Source: Alloascoidea hylecoeti (taxonomy: Eukaryota). From it: 64,000 nt of DNA. Both the position numbers and the translations under genes were made by a program. Below the pieces are notes generated by a model. That model ran no database searches. It was not told the origin of the DNA and was given only the letters and a program-made list of their open reading frames with translations. The DNA lies in the NCBI GenBank assembly GCA_001600815.1, contig BCKZ01000007.1, positions 310,001 through 374,000 of the forward strand, written 5' to 3'. Of this stretch, positions 58,131 to 64,000 are shown one piece after another; position 1 is the stretch's first letter; each line of letters opens with the position of its first letter.

Positions 58131-58720
58131 TCGCCAAATATGAGCCCATAATCCAACATGAGATGTTTCTATAAAAACCGGAAATCCAAATTACAGCAAG
58201 AGTAAACATAGCGAACGAAAATAAAATAATACCAATACGGTTTGACCTTCAATAAAATGATCTTCACCACTTTCGGCTTTTTCTGTAAAAATAGCAGCTC
58301 TACCGACTTCGGTAGCATCTTTAGTAGCAGTAACCACAATAACACAGCTTCCTCTCTTGATTGTAGAAGAGCGTACACCTTCACCAGTAACTATTTTAGC
58401 AACCGATCTCTCTGATTAAAGATTCATCAACTTTTAATTCACAATTGCCAACTGACTTACCATTACGAATTACAATGGTTTTATTAACCAGCGCTTTTTT
58501 CAAAGTTTCAACGGTGTTAACAGTCGGAAATAAATGGAAAAACTTAACAACAGCATAAAAGATCAATAAAGCAAAATAAATACCAACACCAATCCCTTCG
58601 GCCAAAGTAGGGCCCAAAATACCAGAAAGTTCTATAAGAGAAATATAAAATCTTAATGTCAAAATTTTATGTTCGCTTTCCAGTTCATTTTTACCAAACC
58701 TTTTAATTAGAGAGCAGTAA
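58130..58720 (-). pseudogene. PMA1-like pseudogene, 5' portion
   Basis: KRFGKNEL, LKKALVNKTIVIRNG, VDES, SSTIKRG..VVTAT..VGRAA and IGIIL..WISGFYR motifs. Confidence 0.85.
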
Positions 58721-58989
58721 TATGAAAGATATCTTATAAATTTTGAATGAATTCCAAAAACTTCTTGGATATATTTTTCTGCTTGCAATTGCTAAATTCA
58801 GATTCTTGCATATGCATAGGTAAGCCTGTAATCGTTAATCATAGCAGAGTATACCAGGGTATAAGACACACAATTCTAATAATCTTTTGAAAGACCACCA
58901 TTATTGTAGTTGAGCAGCTATTAACTGATAGCATTAGAATAAAAAGTTATAGAGGACCTTTTGGCCCCAAAATCGATTTGGAAATGGCC

Positions 58990-59158
58990 ATTGTTCTTGG
59001 TTATCGTTACCACGGGTGGATAACAATCATGTCAACACCACAAGATATTGAATTAATTGATAACATAATAACAAAAGTATAATAAAGTGAAAATTCCAAT
59101 TTTAGGAATTATTCAAAATACTATATCCAAAACGTTTAAACGAATCCATATTTTTGGT
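58990..59158 (+). pseudogene. Fragment of an Mrp/Nbp35/Ind1 Fe-S scaffold ATPase gene
   Basis: IMSTPQDIELID (from 59026), then a +1 frameshift, then KVKIPILGIIQN....HIFG (59084-59158). Confidence 0.7.
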
Positions 59159-59696
59159 ATTTATTTTGGAATTATTGAACAAAGTGAAATAAAATGGAAG
59201 AAAGCTTAAGAAATTTTATTCAAATTGTAAAAATAAAAGAAGGCTTTTTGTGTTTTTTTGACTTTCCTCCAATTGTATCATGGATCTAAATTTTATAAAG
59301 CGCCGCTTGTGTCGGTAACCCGGGGTGAAAACATCAATACTTACATAATATTCCATTTATATAGTTTTGATCGAAAATTTCTTATTGAAGACTAGTTAGG
59401 TAGTATATTTTGAATAGATAATTCAATTAATCAAGTTTTTGGTTTATAAAAAAGTAAACTTTAATCTACAATTCCAAGTTACCATTGGATCTAAGAGCGA
59501 AGAAATCGTGATTATAGACATGCAAGAGAGCTCTTCTTTTTGTTGTTAGGTTATTGATTATTGTGTTTTCGATGTCTCAGACATTCTTGATATTGATTTT
59601 ATTTTCATTTTCATTTTCATTGTTATATTAAAGTCGATATTTGTCTTTGAGTCCGGAATATTAGGTTATCATATTTTGCAAATTAGAAACTAATAA

Positions 59697-60415
59697 ATGA
59701 AATGTAAAATAGCCTTCATTACAAATTTTTCCTTTGGAGATTATCCCTATAGTATTAACCACGTAGTAACATACATGTATTTACTCAAAAATATTAAAAC
59801 ATCAATCGATTTTGTTTCTTACTTCCCTGATGAATTATCTCTAGTAATATTTTCACATTTGCAACCTACAACTTTACTCCGATGTAGAATAGTATATCTA
59901 ATTCATGGAAGCAAATAGTTGGCAGTTATAATGATGATATATGGAGAGCAAAGTTTTTTTTTTCAAGATCAAAAAAATTGGAAATATTATATGATAATTC
60001 AGTAACTGATTCATACAATAAGAATTTGGGACAGCGAAACTTTTCAATATTTAAAAGTTACAAGTGAACCAAATATTAAGTTTTTATTACAATTAGTAGT
60101 GAATATTGGTCTTACTTATACAATTTTCAAATAATGAATTGGGATTAAAAGAAAATATTTACTTCAACTTTCATTTGGATGTTGTTTGTTGTATGCATAT
60201 TAATGATAAATATTTGGTTTCTGGTCCATGGGTTGGGACTCGTATAATTCGAGTTTACTAGATTTTAAACTAATAGATCGTCTGATAATACCAAATGATA
60301 GGGAATCTTCTTCTTCTGCAAATAGTGTCGCTTTTTCACAATGATTATATTGTATGTTGTAATCATTCTATTACGATTTGGAAACCAAGTCTTGATATTT
60401 TAGAGCATCAATATT
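59697..60415 (+). pseudogene. F-box/WD40 pseudogene, N-terminal and middle part (copy B)
   Basis: IDFVSYFPDELSLVIFSHL F-box, TIRIWDSETFQYLKV and INDKYLVSG; several frameshifts. Confidence 0.8.
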
Positions 60416-60569
60416 TATTTGTTGGTCAACGAGGCAGATTAACAGTTCTGGATTTACACTCATATAACAAATATTTTACCATATGAAGGAACAGATGAAA
60501 CATCATATAAGGGTAACAACCACCAACAACGCGAATGTATTCACTCGATATTGTGTATATATAAACTAC

Positions 60570-61720
60570 TTATCCTAATATATTCTCCTGACTAGTTTTC
60601 ACAGCGTCCTCTATTTGTGATTCAAAGATTGTGGGTTGTTTCTTCTTTTTTACCCTGTTTTTAATGGTATTCATTTCAACCTCCAGAAGTCCCCTTAATT
60701 TCTCATCAGTAGCCACTGAATTTTCATTGTGAGAGAGAGCAACTTGGTCTTGCCTCTTCTACCCTTTTTCAATTGTTTTACTTTATTTTTATAAAGCTCC
60801 GGGTGCTTAATTCTGGAAATTAAACTGATTGTTCGTTTCTCCATTTAGCAAATGTCTCTGCATATTTCTTATCTTCATCCCTTTTAGTATACAAAATATC
60901 TAATTTCTAATAAAAATCTATGGCAAAATCCTCATCTGAAAATCCTCTTTCATATTCCTCATCGAGATTAAGCAAGTTATCGTTTGGTGGTGGTACATCC
61001 ACAGAAATAGACTTTACTTGGTTCACCACAACACTCGAATTAATCGGTCAAATACCACTCTTCTCAAATCCCGATGTATAATATTGGAAGACGTTAATCT
61101 ATTACTTTTTGCATATAACATTGCTGACATATAAGGTCATTTTTTTGCGGCCGGTGGCTGGAATTTGGTTTATAGAAATTTTCTTTGTACTTGTGGTTTC
61201 TTTGTTGTACGCATCTTCACCGGTCTAAAGCAGCTGATTCAACCACTTGGTATCAGCTGAGATGAATGGCTAGGCTGAACCATCAAGTCTACATTATTTA
61301 CCCGGCATCCTTTGATTGGCAAAAAAGTGGTATAAGAGGAGTGACCATCGACAACCAATAACTGTCTTCTTTTTCGGCTGGTATATTTAAGAAAGGTATT
61401 CTGGAACCACTCAAGAAAGAGCTCAGAATTGATGTAACCAGTTGAGGACCACTTGGCTCCTCAGGAAAAATACAGAGCCAGATATCGGCGATCTCGCCCA
61501 TTTGATAGCCTGTCTCATCGCAATTATAAATATCTCTTGGTTCGTAACGATTTTCTTGGATTAAGTCACCTAAGGTTTTGAACCATCTTTCCAGGTCTTC
61601 TTTATTACTACTAAAAACCCTATAGGGATCCAATCCTTTAGCTTTCTTTGTTCTAATTCTGCAATTTCTGATTTCTCCTTAAAAAAATTCCTATCCAATT
61701 ATTACTTACATAATGGTGAG
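60570..61720 (-). mobile_element. Degenerate pogo/Fot1-family (DDE_1) transposase
   Basis: VSNNWI..FLRRN, IYNCDETGYQMG, FLEWF..LLVVDGHSSY, an HSS.L motif and SGFEKSGI*P; frameshifted. The lower boundary is approximate. Confidence 0.88.
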
Positions 61721-63455
61721 TGGTGGTGCTGGTGACTTTGTTGTATATGGTTTTACTGAAAATTTATGAAAAAAATATTTAAAACGTTTATAATCAATCT
61801 ATTGAAGGTTAAATATTGAAAATAAACATTCTATATCGTTGTTTAAAGAAATTTCAAGTGATATAAATTTAATATATTAATTCCCCATTACAAGGGAAAT
61901 GTAACATAATATTAATGTTATTTAACTTGTTTGCATTTAAGGCCTATTTGATAATTATTTAATGTTAAAATATATCTCTTAGACTTCCTTCTAAATTTTC
62001 CTCCCTTTCAATTACAATAATTTTATATATTTCTAGAATGCTATTTAATTTATTATAATTGGAAAATAAATTCTTGATGATATAGATTGGTAATTATAAT
62101 GGTTCCTTATATCATCAGGTTTGGAATTTTTGACAAACGTCAGGTGACTCTATGGCGTTCATGAGGAATAAAAGAGATTTTTCTATGTATGATTGTTAAA
62201 GGACAGACTTTACTAGTAGACGATGATGATGATGGATATAAGTGAATATATTGCATTTGTGATTTATATTCCCGGATAAAAACAATAATTATAACAATAA
62301 GCAGTTAACGTTTCTTCAGCTTGAATGCCATTTCTACAACATTTAAATGCATTTATTTCCGCATTTTTCTATAATTTAAAACCATGTATGAGTTGGTATA
62401 TTTTCAGATTTCTATATTTAGTGTCCAATTGTAATTAGAGAAGGTTATAATCAAGAACATAGTTAACGCTGCGGAATAATTAATCGAGCCTATACAATTG
62501 AATCCACCAAACAATCATGTCCCTAAGCGAAGATTCCGCAATTTAAAAAACGCTATTTCAAATATGATCAACTGCTATGATCATACTATAGCTATAAATT
62601 TCCAAAAGATCAATAGTTAACTATCCTGGTATACGAAATAAGTTATATATACGTTAATCCTAGAGAATATGTCAATAATCGTAAGTTTAAGAGTTGTATA
62701 ATCCTTTGATCCCAATCTTTACTTGTGATTATAATATAACTACTTAGCCTCCATTTGGAATAGATATAACCTATATCTCCGGAGGGGTCTATTTATAAAT
62801 ACTAAGCAGTATCTAATAATATGTTTTGAGTATTATGTGGTATTCTGAAACAATGAGACAACAACATTTATAACTTCACTAGCATATAATATTGCGACTT
62901 AAATCATCTCCACATTATTTAATTGCATTTAGAAACAACCAATGTTGTATTGAATTATTTATAGAATCAAAATGATAAGACGTTTTATAATAAGTTTATG
63001 AGACAAGTTGACAGTTAAGGCATTTTGCGGGTAGTCGTCCACAACCACAACTATACACGATTTCAACCAACATTTCCAGGCATTTCAGAGGAACCAAAAC
63101 AGATACTTCCGCGATTTTTGGGGATTTTCTTGATGATTAAGATCAAAATTTAAACAGAGACGATGAGCGTCAATTTAGGAAAAAACACCCCGATTCCAAA
63201 TGCTACATTGGAAGCGTCCTGACCCGATAAAATTGAGATGAGACAGACCCGGGTTGAATATTCGGAGGTGGATGGATGTTTCCGGTTTAAGATTGTGTTT
63301 GTCTTTTGTTATTCTTTCTTTTAATCTCCACGCTTATTTGAATATCTGTGATATTCCTTCCTTCATTGAACTCATTTTGGATCTTCCTGTCAAATTTTCT
63401 GTGAAGCTTTCTGTGAAAGTGTTTGTTTTTCCTTAATTTTATAACCTTTGACAAC

Positions 63456-64000
63456 ATGAACCAAGACGAATTCTGCTTCGAGCAACCTCTTCGCATACCG
63501 AAGCAAGCCCCTATTTCTAACGATGCAACGGGAACAGAGATGGATACAGAACTCCCCGAAAGGCGAACAAACCGAGTGGATCCATGGCTTATTATTGACT
63601 TGCAAAAAAAACAAATCGCACAACTTACCTCGAAATTGGATTATGCTTACGAATTGATCGAGAAGTATAAGAAACAACTAAATAGAAAAGATGCTAGACT
63701 TTCAAATAGTTCATCAACTTCGAATATAAGAAGGAAAAGAGCTTCAAGTTCACCAATGATGATAGTTGATGAACCATGTGTTGCTGATTTAACACCAACC
63801 AATAGTTTATCAAATAGTAATTCAAACAAAGAAAATGGGGATGATTCTTCAGGTTCCGAATATTCCCCCGTACCACCAGAATCGGATTATGAAAATGATC
63901 AAGAAAGTATACCAATTGTCGTTGCTTCGGCTGCCGGTTTACGGATACAGAAAAGTTTAGATAGCTTATCGATGTTGTCTAAACAAAGTGGATATTCTAA
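63456..64000 (+). CDS. 5' part of an unknown ORF running off the window (coiled coil, RRKR, acidic/Ser-rich); possibly mobile-element encoded
   Basis: ATG at 63456 is open for 181 codons to the window end; absent from the ORF track because there is no stop. Confidence 0.6.
   Translation, partial: MNQDEFCFEQPLRIPKQAPISNDATGTEMDTELPERRTNRVDPWLIIDLQKKQIAQLTSKLDYAYELIEKYKKQLNRKDARLSNSSSTSNIRRKRASSSPMMIVDEPCVADLTPTNSLSNSNSNKENGDDSSGSEYSPVPPESDYENDQESIPIVVASAAGLRIQKSLDSLSMLSKQSGYS

Noticed and set aside
49890..61720. RIP-like mutation in the relics (apparent CGA>TGA, CAA>TAA, TGG>TAG/TGA stops)
   Set aside because: Few events in mixed contexts, explained by ordinary transition bias; the near-identical MPE1 arms show no RIP.
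1..64000. tRNA, rRNA or CRISPR arrays
   Set aside because: None recognised by eye; a tRNAscan-SE/cmscan run is needed to exclude small RNA genes formally.

Overview
AT-rich fungal nuclear DNA. Gene content and intron style (short GT-AG introns with degenerate branch sites, PEX8, a Rab18-like GTPase, Reb1-type TTACCCG promoter sites) suggest an early-diverging Saccharomycotina yeast; this is an inference. Positions 1-54.3 kb are mostly housekeeping genes: VTC2/3-like, ULP1-like, RET3, TAF3, RRP12, MRPS16, SAT4, DBP10, CNL1, SMF1, Rab18-like, MFS transporter, ATP11, lipase, RPS19, F-box, DSC2, PEX8, Sed1/Ccw12-like, KRI1 and EMW1. Main unusual elements: (1) a 3.9-kb near-perfect palindrome (1902-bp arms, 90-bp spacer) carrying two divergent intact MPE1 copies that differ by one amino acid; (2) a spliced locus at about 44.1-44.3 kb missing from the ORF track (36-aa microprotein or structured ncRNA); (3) a membrane-anchored aspartic-protease-fold protein lacking both catalytic motifs; (4) a relic zone (49.9-51.1 kb and 54.5-62 kb) with decayed GRE2-, PMA1-, IND1- and F-box/WD40-like pieces, an LTR-less copia body fused in frame into PMA1, and a pogo/Fot1 transposase remnant; (5) several G-U-rich hairpins and a MITE-like element. 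Homology calls come from motif recognition by eye; no searches were run.
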